From Acidobacteriota bacterium (GTDB lineage Bacteria; Acidobacteriota; Terriglobia; Bryobacterales; Bryobacteraceae): a DNA stretch of 64,000 nt. The stretch spans positions 39,195-103,194 of the forward strand of contig JAKOTR010000043.1 of NCBI GenBank assembly GCA_029776225.1, in the 5' to 3' direction. Below the pieces are notes generated by a model, which saw nothing but the letters and a program-made list of their open reading frames with translations, was not told the origin of the DNA and ran no database searches. The stretch's first letter is position 1; every line of letters starts with the position of its first letter. This document shows positions 28,343-38,040 of the stretch, piece after piece. The position numbers were made by a program, and so were the translations under genes.

Positions 28343-29044
28343 CTAGTCTTTCTCAGGGCCGCGCACCATGGGAACAAACATGACCGGGAGGACGGATTTC
28401 TTCCTGGTCTTCCCATCCGCGGCCTTTTCAATCACCACCAGTTCCTGGCCAAACACAGACGCGCCCTCGGGCGCCACGAGCCTCCCTCCCGGTTTGAGCT
28501 GGTCGATCAATTCCTGAGGCACCTTGGGCGGCGCGGCGGTAAGGATGATGCGGTCGAACGGCGCTTGTTCCGGCCAGCCCTTGTATCCGTCGCCGAGCCG
28601 GACGGTGATGTTGTCGTAGCCTAACTTCTTCAGCGTGGCTGCCGCCGAACGCGCCAGTTCGGGCACGATTTCAATGGTGTAAACGTGGCCCACGAGCGGG
28701 GAAAGCACGGCCGCCTGGTAGCCCGACCCGGTTCCGATTTCGAGCACCTTGTGGGTTCGCTCCGGCGCTAGAAGCTCCGTCATGAAAGCGACGATATAGG
28801 GCTGGGAGATGGTCTGGCCGTATCCCACCGGCACCGGCTGGTCCGCGTAGGCCAGCGCGCGGACGTTCTCGGGCATGAACAGGTGGCGCGGCACCCGGCG
28901 CATCACGTCCAGCACGGCGGGATTGCGCACGCCGCGCGCCTCGATCTGCGTGCGAACCATGTGTTCGCGCTTCCCGGCGTACGGGTCCTGCGCCCAGACG
29001 AGCGCCGGCGCCGCCAGCGACGCGGCCAAAGTCCAGAACAGCAT
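28343..29044 (-). CDS. pcm: Protein-L-isoaspartate O-methyltransferase (Pcm) with signal peptide
   Basis: VLEIGTGSGYQAAVL SAM motif. QTISQPYIVA. DRIILTAAPP. Confidence 0.85.
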   Translation of the reverse strand: MLFWTLAASLAAPALVWAQDPYAGKREHMVRTQIEARGVRNPAVLDVMRRVPRHLFMPENVRALAYADQPVPVGYGQTISQPYIVAFMTELLAPERTHKVLEIGTGSGYQAAVLSPLVGHVYTIEIVPELARSAAATLKKLGYDNITVRLGDGYKGWPEQAPFDRIILTAAPPKVPQELIDQLKPGGRLVAPEGASVFGQELVVIEKAADGKTRKKSVLPVMFVPMVRGPEKD

Positions 29045-29083
29045 TTCCGACCTCTCGATCAGTATTCAAGATACAATGCGAAG

Positions 29084-30493
29084 GTGCCAGAGAGGACATC
29101 GGCTATCAGGCAATCGGGTATCGATAAGGCCGGCAAGCCGGCTCTATTGCGTCAAATCGGGATCGTCAGCGCCACGGCGCTGGTGATTTCGAACATGGTG
29201 GGGACCGGGATTTTCACCACCACGGGTTTTCTCGCGGGCGATCTCGGCGACCCCAAAGTGGTGTTGTTCATCTGGGTGGTGGGTGCGATGATCGCGCTTG
29301 CGGGCGCGTTCTGCTACTCCGAGCTGGGGATCAACTTCCCGAGTTCGGGAGGCGAGTACGTCTACCTCACCCGCGCATACGGACCCACGTGGGGTTTTAT
29401 GACCGGCTGGGTATCGCTGTTCGCGGGCTTTTCCGCGCCCATCGCCGCTACTTCGCTGGCTTTCTCCGACTACCTGGGATACTTCTTTCCGGCGCTGCGG
29501 CAGGACCAGACGCTCGTGACGATCGGCTCGGGCGCGTTCTCGATCAGGCTGGGCGGCGCGCAGGCGGCGGCCTGCTGCCTGATCGCCGTGCTGACGCTGC
29601 TGAATTTCATCGGCGTGCGGCGCGTGGCCCGCGTGCAGAATCTGCTGACCGCGACCAAGGTGGGCGTTCTGCTGGCCTTCATCGGCCTGGCTTTTCTGTC
29701 GGGCACGGGGAACTGGGACCACTTTTCGCAGCCGGCGCAGCGCACCTCCACGCTTCCCCTCGCCGGGCAGTTCGCCATTTCCCTCTTCTGGATTTACGTC
29801 TGCTACAGCGGCTGGAACGCCGCCACCTACGTCGCCGAGGAGTTGAAGAAACCCGAACGGACGCTTCCGATCGCGCTGACGCTGGGCACGGCCCTCGTGG
29901 CGCTGTTCTACGTGCTGCTGAACGTGGTGTTCATTTACGCTCTGCCGCTTGAGCAGATGAAGGGCGTGGTCGCGATCGGTTCGCTGACGGCCACGCACCT
30001 GTTCGGTCCGGAAACGGCCGGCATCTTTAGTGCGCTCATGGCGCTGTCGCTCGTGGCGACAGTGAACGCCGAAGTCACCATCGGTCCGCGCGTCTATTAC
30101 GCCATGGCCCAGAACGGCGCATTTTTCAAGTGGGCCGCGCACGTCCACCCGCGCTGGCACACGCCGGTTTACGCGATTCTCTGCCAGGGAGTCTGCTCGG
30201 TGCTGATGTGCCTCACTCCGTTTCCCGCGCTGATGGTTTACATCGGATTTACTCTTACCTTCTTCGCGGTACTCTCGGTTTCTTCGCTGTTCTTCTTCCG
30301 CCGGCGTCCGGAGTGGCAAAAGCTGCGCGTAGTAAGTTTCGCGTTCCCGCTGATCCCGGTCGCATTTATTCTCGTCGGCGGTTGGACTATCATTTACGGC
30401 GTGATGCTGGCTCCGAAAGTTTCCGTGGCCGGCATCATCACGATTGCAGCCGGAGCGGTCATTTACCATTTCCGCCGCAGCCGCCGCGCATAG
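29084..30493 (+). CDS. Amino acid permease (APC superfamily); non-ATG start (GTG 29084 or TTG 29147)
   Basis: 12-TM profile. N-term ATALVISNMVGTGIFTTTGF consensus. No in-frame ATG before the first TM segment. Confidence 0.75.
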   Translation: MPERTSAIRQSGIDKAGKPALLRQIGIVSATALVISNMVGTGIFTTTGFLAGDLGDPKVVLFIWVVGAMIALAGAFCYSELGINFPSSGGEYVYLTRAYGPTWGFMTGWVSLFAGFSAPIAATSLAFSDYLGYFFPALRQDQTLVTIGSGAFSIRLGGAQAAACCLIAVLTLLNFIGVRRVARVQNLLTATKVGVLLAFIGLAFLSGTGNWDHFSQPAQRTSTLPLAGQFAISLFWIYVCYSGWNAATYVAEELKKPERTLPIALTLGTALVALFYVLLNVVFIYALPLEQMKGVVAIGSLTATHLFGPETAGIFSALMALSLVATVNAEVTIGPRVYYAMAQNGAFFKWAAHVHPRWHTPVYAILCQGVCSVLMCLTPFPALMVYIGFTLTFFAVLSVSSLFFFRRRPEWQKLRVVSFAFPLIPVAFILVGGWTIIYGVMLAPKVSVAGIITIAAGAVIYHFRRSRRA

Positions 30494-30568
30494 TACCCGC
30501 GGACAGCCTTTTCGGACTAGCGCAAATTAGACTGCCCACTGCCGGTCTAAATAGCCGGACTAAATTGG

Positions 30569-30597
30569 TTGACTTGCAGTACCGGCTCATATAGACT
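30569..30597 (+). promoter_or_regulatory. Putative sigma-70 promoter (TTGACT -35 ... TAGACT/TATAGA -10) for the nfeD-flotillin operon
   Basis: TTGACT at 30569-30574; TATAGACT at 30590-30597; AAGGAGGG RBS before ATG 30629. Confidence 0.35.
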
Positions 30598-30628
30598 ACG
30601 CACGAACCGCGTAAGGAGGGTGGCGCCT

Positions 30629-31201
30629 ATGCCTGAATGGCTGTCGCAGGTTTCCGCCTTCACCGTCTTTCTATCTATTGCCGGGGTTGGGTTCTTATTC
30701 CTGCTGATTTCGCTTATCTTCGGAGAAATTTTCGAGCACTTCGAAGGCGGCTTCGATCACGACATCGATGACGGAGGTCCGGGCTTCCTGAGCACCCGCG
30801 TGCTCAGCGTGTTTGTCACCGCTTTCGGAGGCTCCGGCGCCGTCGCCACGCATTACGGGCTCTCGGCGGTTGCGGCGTCGGGCGTGGGATTCGCCAGCGG
30901 CATGCTCTTTGCCTCGATGATCTATGCGTTCGCGCGGTTCCTCTGGGCGCAGCAGGCCACCAGCGAAATGCGGGTTGCGGACCTGGTGGGGCAGACAGCG
31001 CGGGTGGTTGTTGGCATTCCAAGCGGCGGTGTCGGGCAGGTGCGCTGCCGCATTGGCGAACAACTGATCGATAAGATTGCGCGCGCGGCCGACGGCGGCG
31101 CGATCGCCGAGCATAGCGTCGTTCGAATTCTCGAAGCGCTTGGCGAAACCGTAATCGTGGTGCGCGCGGACGCAGCGCAGCAGAGTGGAACGGAGGGTTG
31201 A
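30629..31201 (+). CDS. NfeD-family membrane protein (stomatin/flotillin partner)
   Basis: N-terminal TM segments followed by OB-fold-like C-terminus (GQTARVVVGIPSGGVGQVRC). Immediately upstream of the flotillin gene. Confidence 0.7.
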   Translation: MPEWLSQVSAFTVFLSIAGVGFLFLLISLIFGEIFEHFEGGFDHDIDDGGPGFLSTRVLSVFVTAFGGSGAVATHYGLSAVAASGVGFASGMLFASMIYAFARFLWAQQATSEMRVADLVGQTARVVVGIPSGGVGQVRCRIGEQLIDKIARAADGGAIAEHSVVRILEALGETVIVVRADAAQQSGTEG

Positions 31202-31207
31202 TACAAG

Positions 31208-32794
31208 ATGTCGCTCTTTTCCGAATCCTCGGGTTTACTGCTTCCCTTTGTGGTTCTTCTGGTCGTCCTGGCGCTGTCTATCGCGGTCTGGCTGTTCAGC
31301 CGGAATTACCTGAAAGTCTCACCAAATACCGTGGCGGTGCTCAGCGGGCGCAAGCGCAAGCTCCCCGACGGCCGCATCGTCGGCTACCGCATGGTGCGGG
31401 GCGGCGCGGCTCTCAAGTTCCCTCTGCTGGAGAAGGTGGATTATCTCTCGCTCAACGTCATGACGATCCCGCTCGAAATCAGGCGGGCGTACACGGCGAA
31501 AGGCGTGCCCGTATCGGTCAAAGCGGTGGCGAACGTGAAAGTGCGCGGCGACGACACCTCTTTGCAAGCGGCGGCCGAGCGCTTCCTTGGCATGACCCAC
31601 GACGAGATGCGGAAGGTCGTGTTTCAGACGCTCGAAGGCCACCTGCGGTCGATTCTTGGCACCCTCACTGTCGAGGAGATCAACTGCGACCGCCAGAGCT
31701 TCGCCCAGAAACTGACGAGTGAAGCTGCCCTCGATTTGGAGAAGATGGGCCTCGGCGTGGACGTGCTCACCATCCAGGAGATCAGCGACGACGAGGGCTA
31801 CCTCGACGCGCTCGGCAAGCGCCGCACAGCGGAAGTGAAGCGCGACGCCACCATTGGCGAGGCCGAAGCGACCCGCGACGCGAAGATGCGTTCCGCCGTG
31901 GCGCTTCAGGAAGGCGAGCAGGCGCGGCTGGCGGCCGACGCCGAAATCGCCCGGGCGCAACGGGATTTCGAGATTCGCCAGGCACAGTACCAGGCCGAAG
32001 TGGAAACCCAGAGGGCGCGGGCCGCGCAGGCCGGCCCGCTCGCGGAAGCGCAGGCGAAACAGGCGGTAGTGGCGGAAGAGGTGAAGGTCGAGCGCACGCG
32101 CACGCAGGAAATGATCTCCGTGCAGGAGCAGGAGGTCCTGCGCAAGCAGAAGGAGCTCGAAGCCACCGTCATCAAGCCGGCCGATGCGGAACGAACGGCG
32201 GCGATCATGCGCGCCGAGGCGGCCAAGCAGGCCGCAATCCTGGAAGCCGAAGGCCGGCGTGCCGCCCTAATCGCAATCGCCGAAGCCGAGCAGGAGAGAC
32301 TTCGTAAGGAGGGCATCGGGCGGGCGGCGGCGGTGGAAGCCGAAGGCAAGGCCGAAGCCGCCAGGATCGAGGCCGTCGGCATCGCGCAGGCCAAAGCCAT
32401 CGAGGCGCAGGGCATCGCCGAAGCCACCGCCATTCTCCGCAAGGCGCAAGCATGGAAGGAGTTCAACGAAGCCGCGCGGTTGCAGACCATTTTGGAAAAG
32501 CTGCCTGCCATCCTCCAAGCTTCCACCGGCGTCTTCGGCGCTGTGGCCGCCCCGCTCGGCAATATCGACAAGCTCGTCATGATCGACCAGAGCGGGGGAA
32601 CGGACGCGGCCGGCGGGCTCGCGCGGCTGGCTAAGGTTGCTCCCGCCGTAGTGTTCAATCTGCTCCAACAACTGGAGGCGCTCGGCTTGAACCTGCCGGC
32701 GCTGATGCAGCAACTCGGCGTGAAGGACGCCGCCGCTTCTGCCGACGGGCACAGCGTGAAAGTCGAGGAAGAGACGAAACCAGCGGCCGTGTGA
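31208..32794 (+). CDS. Flotillin-like SPFH/Band-7 domain protein
   Basis: SPFH domain. Long Ala/Glu-rich coiled-coil (EAEGKAEAARIEAVGIAQAKAIEAQGIAEA). Confidence 0.85.
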   Translation: MSLFSESSGLLLPFVVLLVVLALSIAVWLFSRNYLKVSPNTVAVLSGRKRKLPDGRIVGYRMVRGGAALKFPLLEKVDYLSLNVMTIPLEIRRAYTAKGVPVSVKAVANVKVRGDDTSLQAAAERFLGMTHDEMRKVVFQTLEGHLRSILGTLTVEEINCDRQSFAQKLTSEAALDLEKMGLGVDVLTIQEISDDEGYLDALGKRRTAEVKRDATIGEAEATRDAKMRSAVALQEGEQARLAADAEIARAQRDFEIRQAQYQAEVETQRARAAQAGPLAEAQAKQAVVAEEVKVERTRTQEMISVQEQEVLRKQKELEATVIKPADAERTAAIMRAEAAKQAAILEAEGRRAALIAIAEAEQERLRKEGIGRAAAVEAEGKAEAARIEAVGIAQAKAIEAQGIAEATAILRKAQAWKEFNEAARLQTILEKLPAILQASTGVFGAVAAPLGNIDKLVMIDQSGGTDAAGGLARLAKVAPAVVFNLLQQLEALGLNLPALMQQLGVKDAAASADGHSVKVEEETKPAAV

Positions 32795-32826
32795 ACGTGT
32801 CAAGGGTGGAGTGTGTTTGAAGCGCT

Positions 32827-33732
32827 ATGATTACGCGGCGTGCATTCATTGCGGGCGCGGCCGGCGCCGCGCTCCAAGGGATTGAGGGAAGCACCCTGGT
32901 CCACGAGCACATTCTGGTCGACTTCGGCGGCATCGTGTCCCCGGGCCGGTACAGCCGCGCGGAAGTCGTCCGGATTGCCCGCCCCAAACTGGAAGAGGTC
33001 AAAAAACTCGGCTGCCAGCGCTTCCTCGAATGCACCCCCAACTACCTTGGCCGCGATCCGGAACTGCTGGCGCGGCTCTCCGACGCCGTGGGCATCGAGA
33101 TCTGGACCAACACCGGCATCTACGGCGCGGCGGACCGCAAGGCCGTGCCGTCTTTCGTCCATAGCCTGACAGCCGAGCGGCTCGCCCGGCGCTTCATTTC
33201 AGAAGCAACCAACGGTATTGGTGCGATGAAGCCCCGCTTCATCAAGACCGGCGTCCAGACCTCGCCGCTCGATGAGCTGGACCGCAAGCTGGTGCGCGCC
33301 GCCGCCATCGCCTCGCGCGAAACCGGGCTCACCGTGGCCTCCCACACGGGGACGGGCAGGGCAGCGCTCGAGGAGTTGGAGATCTTTGCCGACGAAAAGG
33401 TAAGCGCGGAAAAATTCGTCTGGGTCCACGCAAACGCCGAAAAGGACCGCTCGATTCACGAAAAAGTGGCGCGCGCGGGCGGCTGGGTGGAGTTCGACGG
33501 CGTGTCGGAAAGCGGCGCCGCGTGGCATCGCGACTGCATACGGTGGATGGCCGAACGCAACCTGCTGGGCAAGGTCCTCATCTCCCAGGATTCCGGCTGG
33601 TACAACGTAGGCGAACCCGGCGGCGGCAACTTCAGGGGCTACACGTACATTTACACGGGGTTTCTGCCGCTGCTGGAACCGGCCTGGCGCCGGCAGTTGA
33701 TGGTGACGAATCCGAAGGCCGCTTTCGGATAG
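32827..33732 (+). CDS. Phosphotriesterase-family (PTE/aryldialkylphosphatase-related) protein, Tat signal
   Basis: TLVHEHILVDF HxH metal site. Tat-like N-term MITRRAFIAGAAGAAL. Confidence 0.7.
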   Translation: MITRRAFIAGAAGAALQGIEGSTLVHEHILVDFGGIVSPGRYSRAEVVRIARPKLEEVKKLGCQRFLECTPNYLGRDPELLARLSDAVGIEIWTNTGIYGAADRKAVPSFVHSLTAERLARRFISEATNGIGAMKPRFIKTGVQTSPLDELDRKLVRAAAIASRETGLTVASHTGTGRAALEELEIFADEKVSAEKFVWVHANAEKDRSIHEKVARAGGWVEFDGVSESGAAWHRDCIRWMAERNLLGKVLISQDSGWYNVGEPGGGNFRGYTYIYTGFLPLLEPAWRRQLMVTNPKAAFG

Positions 33733-33745
33733 GAGGGACGGCCTT

Positions 33746-34630
33746 CTATCCCTTCAAATCTTTGAACGCGGCTTCGATCTCTTTCTGAGCCTCGGGGCTG
33801 GGCGGCGTCAGCGGGAGCCGCGGCGGTCCGCCATAGTAGCCGTTCAAGTCCATCGCGTATTTCAAGCCGGGCACGCCGTAGCGCGATGTGACCAGCACCG
33901 CTGCATGCGCGATGCGGTTCTGCCAGTCTTGCGCCGCCTCCTGCTCCCGCGCGCGGAATGCTTCCCAGAGCGCCACGGTCGCGTAAGGTGCGGCGTTCGC
34001 AAACGCAAGCACGGCGCCCACCGCTCCTACAACCAGCGACGGCCACAGCGTCGGCGCCGACCCCACCAGCACCTGGAAGCCCGGCTTCACTTCCCGGATC
34101 ATCTGCATCACCTTCTCAAGGTTCCCCGAGCTCTCCTTGATGGCGATGATGTTGGGGTGCTCGGACAACTCGGCAACCGTGCTCGCCGGGATATCGACGC
34201 CGGTGGTCTGCGGCCAGTTGTAGATCATGATGGGGATCTTCGACTGGTCGGCCACGGCGCGGAAATACAGCGCCTGCGCGGCGGAGTTGTTCACCAGGTT
34301 CTTGTAGTAGTGCGGCGTCCGCACCATTGCGGCCTTGTAGCCCATTTCCGCGGCCCGGTTGGTAAGCGCTACGGTCTCGCGTACGCTTTCCATTCCGGTG
34401 CCCGCGATGAGGAGCTTGCCGGGAGCCGCGTACTCCGCTACCCACTCCCACATGCAGTACTTTTCCTCGGGCGTGAGCATCACGCTTTCGCCCGTCGAAC
34501 CGCAGACCACGTAGCCCGCAAGGCCCGTCTGGTTCCACTTTTCGATGTTGTGCTTCACCTTGGCCCGGTACAGCTCACCGTCACGGGTGAAGGGAGTGGT
34601 AATCGGAGGGAAAATTCCTTGGAGTTTCAT
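33746..34630 (-). CDS. Dihydrodipicolinate synthase/N-acetylneuraminate lyase family (DapA-like) protein
   Basis: TTPF...GYVVCGSTGE...IMIYN...AIKESSG signatures. Confidence 0.8.
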   Translation of the reverse strand: MKLQGIFPPITTPFTRDGELYRAKVKHNIEKWNQTGLAGYVVCGSTGESVMLTPEEKYCMWEWVAEYAAPGKLLIAGTGMESVRETVALTNRAAEMGYKAAMVRTPHYYKNLVNNSAAQALYFRAVADQSKIPIMIYNWPQTTGVDIPASTVAELSEHPNIIAIKESSGNLEKVMQMIREVKPGFQVLVGSAPTLWPSLVVGAVGAVLAFANAAPYATVALWEAFRAREQEAAQDWQNRIAHAAVLVTSRYGVPGLKYAMDLNGYYGGPPRLPLTPPSPEAQKEIEAAFKDLKG

Positions 34631-34676
34631 GAGAATAGCAGGGGCCGGGCAGTGCCCGGCCCGTATGATGCCTAAC

Positions 34677-34988
34677 CTAAGCTGCGACCTTGATGAAGAT
34701 GATCACCAGCGTGTAGAGCGCCAGCGATTCAATCAGCACCAGACCGAAAATCAGAGCGAAACGGATGGAAGCCGCGGCGCCCGGATTGCGCGCCATGCCC
34801 TCGCAGGCCTTTCCGACAGCCAGTCCCTGGGCCAGACCGCAGACCGCCGAAGCGATCGCCATCGCAAAACCCGAAGTGATCCACACCCAGGGAACAGCCG
34901 GCGCGGCAGCCGCGCCCTCAGCCTGGGCGAACATGGGGGTGGCGAGCAGGAACATCGCCGCCATCAACACCAACAGCTTTGTCTTCAT
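34677..34988 (-). CDS. atpE: F0F1 ATP synthase subunit c with N-terminal signal-like extension and Na+-binding-type signature
   Basis: GLAQGLAVGKACEGMARNPG loop. LVLIESLALYTLV has the Q/E-S/Y positions as in the Ilyobacter Na+ c-ring. ATG 34988 with AAGGAG RBS preferred over GTG 34994. Confidence 0.8.
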   Translation of the reverse strand: MKTKLLVLMAAMFLLATPMFAQAEGAAAAPAVPWVWITSGFAMAIASAVCGLAQGLAVGKACEGMARNPGAAASIRFALIFGLVLIESLALYTLVIIFIKVAA

Positions 34989-35095
34989 CTGCACTTTTCT
35001 CCTTGAATGAATGGCTCCCAGGAGGTGGTTCCCAACATCCCTTGGGAGAAATGCGGGCTCACACTGGCAGCCGATAAAGCCGGTATAAAACGGAA

Positions 35096-35836
35096 TCAGT
35101 GCTCGCCGTGGGGAAGCACGTCTCCCACGTAAATCATCGTCATCAACATGAAAACGTACGCTTGTAAGAATGCGACGAAGATATGAAGCCCCATGAAAGG
35201 CAACGGCAGCAGCACCGGGAAAATCGCCATGAACGCCAGGGTGACCTGCTCGCCCGCGAACATGTTCGCGAAGAGACGAACGGTGAGCGAGAGCGGCCGC
35301 GCCAGGTTGCTTATGATTTCGATGGGAAACATCAGCGGGGCCAGCGCCGGCAGCGGCCCGGCAAAATGCTTTATGTAATGGAAGACCCCCTGCGCCCGGG
35401 CGCCCGCGTAGTTGTAATAGCCAAAGGCGGCCAGGGCACAGCCGAGCGGAACCGCGGCAAACATGGTCGGGGATTCAAACGTGGGAATAATGCCGATCAG
35501 GTTGCCGAACAGGATGAAGATGAAAATCGTGCCGAAGAAAGCCATGTGTCGCCGGCCTTCGGGTCCGACGACATCGGTGGACTGCCCCCGCAGAAACTCG
35601 TAAATCATTTCGAAGATGTGCTGGAACTTTCCCGGCCGGTCCACGGAAAGCCGCGGGCGCAGCAACGCGAACACCACAATGATGACGAGCGCCACCACGA
35701 TTTCCATGGTGACGAAGTTGGACCACGGGTGCGCCGGGTTTTCAGCCGGCATCCCCGCCCAGTTCCGCACGGCGTTGGCAGGTCCCGCCAGGTACTGGTT
35801 GAATAAGGCCGTTATCCAAAGTTCATGTTCGGTCAT
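35096..35836 (-). CDS. atpB: F0F1 ATP synthase subunit a
   Basis: Conserved LSLTVRLFANMFAGE (Arg) and LQAYVFMLMT motifs. Confidence 0.85.
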   Translation of the reverse strand: MTEHELWITALFNQYLAGPANAVRNWAGMPAENPAHPWSNFVTMEIVVALVIIVVFALLRPRLSVDRPGKFQHIFEMIYEFLRGQSTDVVGPEGRRHMAFFGTIFIFILFGNLIGIIPTFESPTMFAAVPLGCALAAFGYYNYAGARAQGVFHYIKHFAGPLPALAPLMFPIEIISNLARPLSLTVRLFANMFAGEQVTLAFMAIFPVLLPLPFMGLHIFVAFLQAYVFMLMTMIYVGDVLPHGEH

Positions 35837-36206
35837 GGATCAGCTCGTAGAAGATCTCCCCTATCACCGCAGCAACAGGTACGAATAAGCCCGAAAGGGC
35901 GGCTATCACGTTCAGACCAAAGACTTTCACTATAACATAGCCGGCCCCGCCCAAAAGCAGATACCGCAGGGAGGCCAGCCAGAACACGCGCTTGCGCGTC
36001 GGGCGGGCATTCGGGCCAAGCGCATTCACCACCTGGTGCAGCCAGACGAAGTTCAGGTACGATGCCGCCGCGCCCAGCAGGAACGCCAGCGCCCACAGGC
36101 CGCCCAAAAACGGCAGCGCCGCAAGCGCAACCGCCCCCGCCAGCCACTTCATGCCGCGGTAAATGCGCCCGACTGCCTGCTCGTAGATGAGTTCTTCAGC
36201 TTCCAT
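35823..36206 (-). CDS. ATP synthase protein I-like (AtpI) small membrane protein
   Basis: Hydrophobic, 127 aa. Directly upstream of atpB with 14-bp overlap. Confidence 0.45.
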   Translation of the reverse strand: MEAEELIYEQAVGRIYRGMKWLAGAVALAALPFLGGLWALAFLLGAAASYLNFVWLHQVVNALGPNARPTRKRVFWLASLRYLLLGGAGYVIVKVFGLNVIAALSGLFVPVAAVIGEIFYELIHDRT

Positions 36207-36417
36207 CTCTTTTCGTGGCGATGTTCAACTCACGGAAAAACTGAACGAAGCCCGCCACAATCCCCAGTACCAGGAAAGGAATGTAGAAGAAATCGGTGTG
36301 GAACAGCCGGTCCAGCAGATAGCCGATCAGGTAGCCGACCAGCGTGCTCACCGGCAGGATGAAGGCAAGCGACGTGTAGCGGCCGACCTGCGCCCAGATG
36401 TTGTTGTTGCGGTTCAT
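36196..36417 (-). CDS. AtpZ/AtpI-family small membrane protein
   Basis: 73 aa, two TM. Overlaps the atpI-like gene start. Typical leader position of atp operons. Confidence 0.4.
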   Translation of the reverse strand: MNRNNNIWAQVGRYTSLAFILPVSTLVGYLIGYLLDRLFHTDFFYIPFLVLGIVAGFVQFFRELNIATKRDGS

Positions 36418-36549
36418 GGGCGGGGCAGATGCCCATATTCATCATATCGATCCCCGGGGAGACCGGCTCAGCAGCACTCTTCACCAGTGGCTTCGGGCCC
36501 GGCCCCGGCGCAGGCCGAAGAGTCTCCCGGCGCTGAGGTATGCTGAGAG

Positions 36550-37515
36550 TTGCGGCTAGATTCAGTCTGTTCGATCCCTTTAGAGGAATTTCTCGCCACG
36601 CGGCTGGCTTTTACCCCGGACGGCCAGCATCTTGTAATCGGTCACCGTAGTCTAACGCAATACCAGATTCTCTCCGGCAAGACGGTACGCACATTCCCCT
36701 TCGAAGCGTTCGCGGGCGCCATCGATTTCTCGCCGGACGGCCGCTATCTGGGCTGCGTCAACGCCGATGACCGCCAGCCGCAATCGCGCGGCCTCGCCAA
36801 GATTTTCGATACGGAAACCGGCAGCGAACTATGGCGGCAGGAAACAGCGCGCCCGATCGAAACCGGATGCTTTATCCAGGACCGCGACGGGCTCGCTTTT
36901 CTCTACCGGGATACGGGCTGCCTGGCTGGGGTCCGGGTCCCCTCGTTCGAACCGCTGCCGCCAGTCGAACTTCCCGATTGGAACCTGCGGGAACTGACGG
37001 CCAACGGAGAATCCCTCATCCTTTTCGGTCAGGACCGCGAGCCCACGGTCTGCCAGATCGAGGGCGCCGCGCTGAACTATTACGCGTTCAAAGTAGGAAC
37101 GCTCGATTACCCCGCCAACGGCCGGGCGCGAGTGCGTAAAGTGGCCGTTGGGGCGGGGCAGTCGAAGCTATCGCCCGGCGGGCGGCTGCTCGCCATCGAG
37201 TGGATCGACTTCGCCGCGGGCGCCCATGTTCTTTCGCTCATCGCCGTGGAAACCGGAGCCGAGGGCCGCCTGACGCTCCCCGTGGATTCGGTTCCGGCTT
37301 TCGCATTTTCGGACGACGGTGGGCAGTTCCTCTGCCTGGTCGACGATGAAGAAAGCGGCGGCGGGCTTCTGCGCCTGTGGGAGACCCGGACTATGAAGCT
37401 GCTCGGGCGGACGCCGTTCCCTTCGCACTATCACACGCTGGCCCTGCACTGGCCGACGCGCAGGCTGGCGGCTATCGGCGGCGGCCGCTGCGACATCGGC
37501 CTGATTCAGATCTGA
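36550..37515 (+). CDS. Hypothetical beta-propeller-like protein (TTG start)
   Basis: Repeated FSPDG/FSDDG motifs. No signal peptide. Start codon uncertain. Confidence 0.35.
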   Translation: MRLDSVCSIPLEEFLATRLAFTPDGQHLVIGHRSLTQYQILSGKTVRTFPFEAFAGAIDFSPDGRYLGCVNADDRQPQSRGLAKIFDTETGSELWRQETARPIETGCFIQDRDGLAFLYRDTGCLAGVRVPSFEPLPPVELPDWNLRELTANGESLILFGQDREPTVCQIEGAALNYYAFKVGTLDYPANGRARVRKVAVGAGQSKLSPGGRLLAIEWIDFAAGAHVLSLIAVETGAEGRLTLPVDSVPAFAFSDDGGQFLCLVDDEESGGGLLRLWETRTMKLLGRTPFPSHYHTLALHWPTRRLAAIGGGRCDIGLIQI

Positions 37516-37614
37516 CTCCGTAAATCAAGCACTTGAGCGGACCTGCCGCTCGCGTAGTGCGCGGTTGCCTGAGTCCCTTGACGCTCATGACGCAGTGCGT
37601 TATAACGGTAGCGG

Positions 37615-38040
37615 ATGCCTCGCCCCATTAAGCGGTATGAAAACCGGAAGCTCTACGACACCGTCGCTAAGAAATACATTTCGCTGGAAGAGATAGCGAG
37701 ACTCGTCCGGGCGGGCGAGGAAGTCACGGTCACCGATAACGCAACCGGGGCCGACCTGACGGCCGAAACCCTGACCAAGGTCATCCTGGAGGAGCAGGCG
37801 AGCCGGCGCCGGCCGCTTCCGCCGCAGTTTCTCCACGACCTGCTGCGCGGAAGCGGGAAATTCGTCAACCGCAATCTGGACCTCCTGATCGAAGCCTCGC
37901 TGCGGCGCCTGGGACCCGTCAGGGAAACCCTCGAGGAGCTGGCCCGGTTGCGGGAGCGGTTGGACAAACTGGAAAAACTCATCGAGTCGTTCGAGAGGGA
38001 GGAGCAACATGGGGACGACACCAAACAACACACCCAATGA
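37615..38040 (+). CDS. phaR: PHA synthesis repressor PhaR
   Basis: N-terminal IKRYENRKLYDTVAKKYISLEEIARLV motif diagnostic for PhaR. Confidence 0.8.
   Translation: MPRPIKRYENRKLYDTVAKKYISLEEIARLVRAGEEVTVTDNATGADLTAETLTKVILEEQASRRRPLPPQFLHDLLRGSGKFVNRNLDLLIEASLRRLGPVRETLEELARLRERLDKLEKLIESFEREEQHGDDTKQHTQ

Noticed and set aside
36418-36549. Possible tRNA or small RNA in the intergenic region upstream of the atp genes
   Set aside because: No cloverleaf-compatible complementarity or conserved T-loop/anticodon-loop features found by eye.
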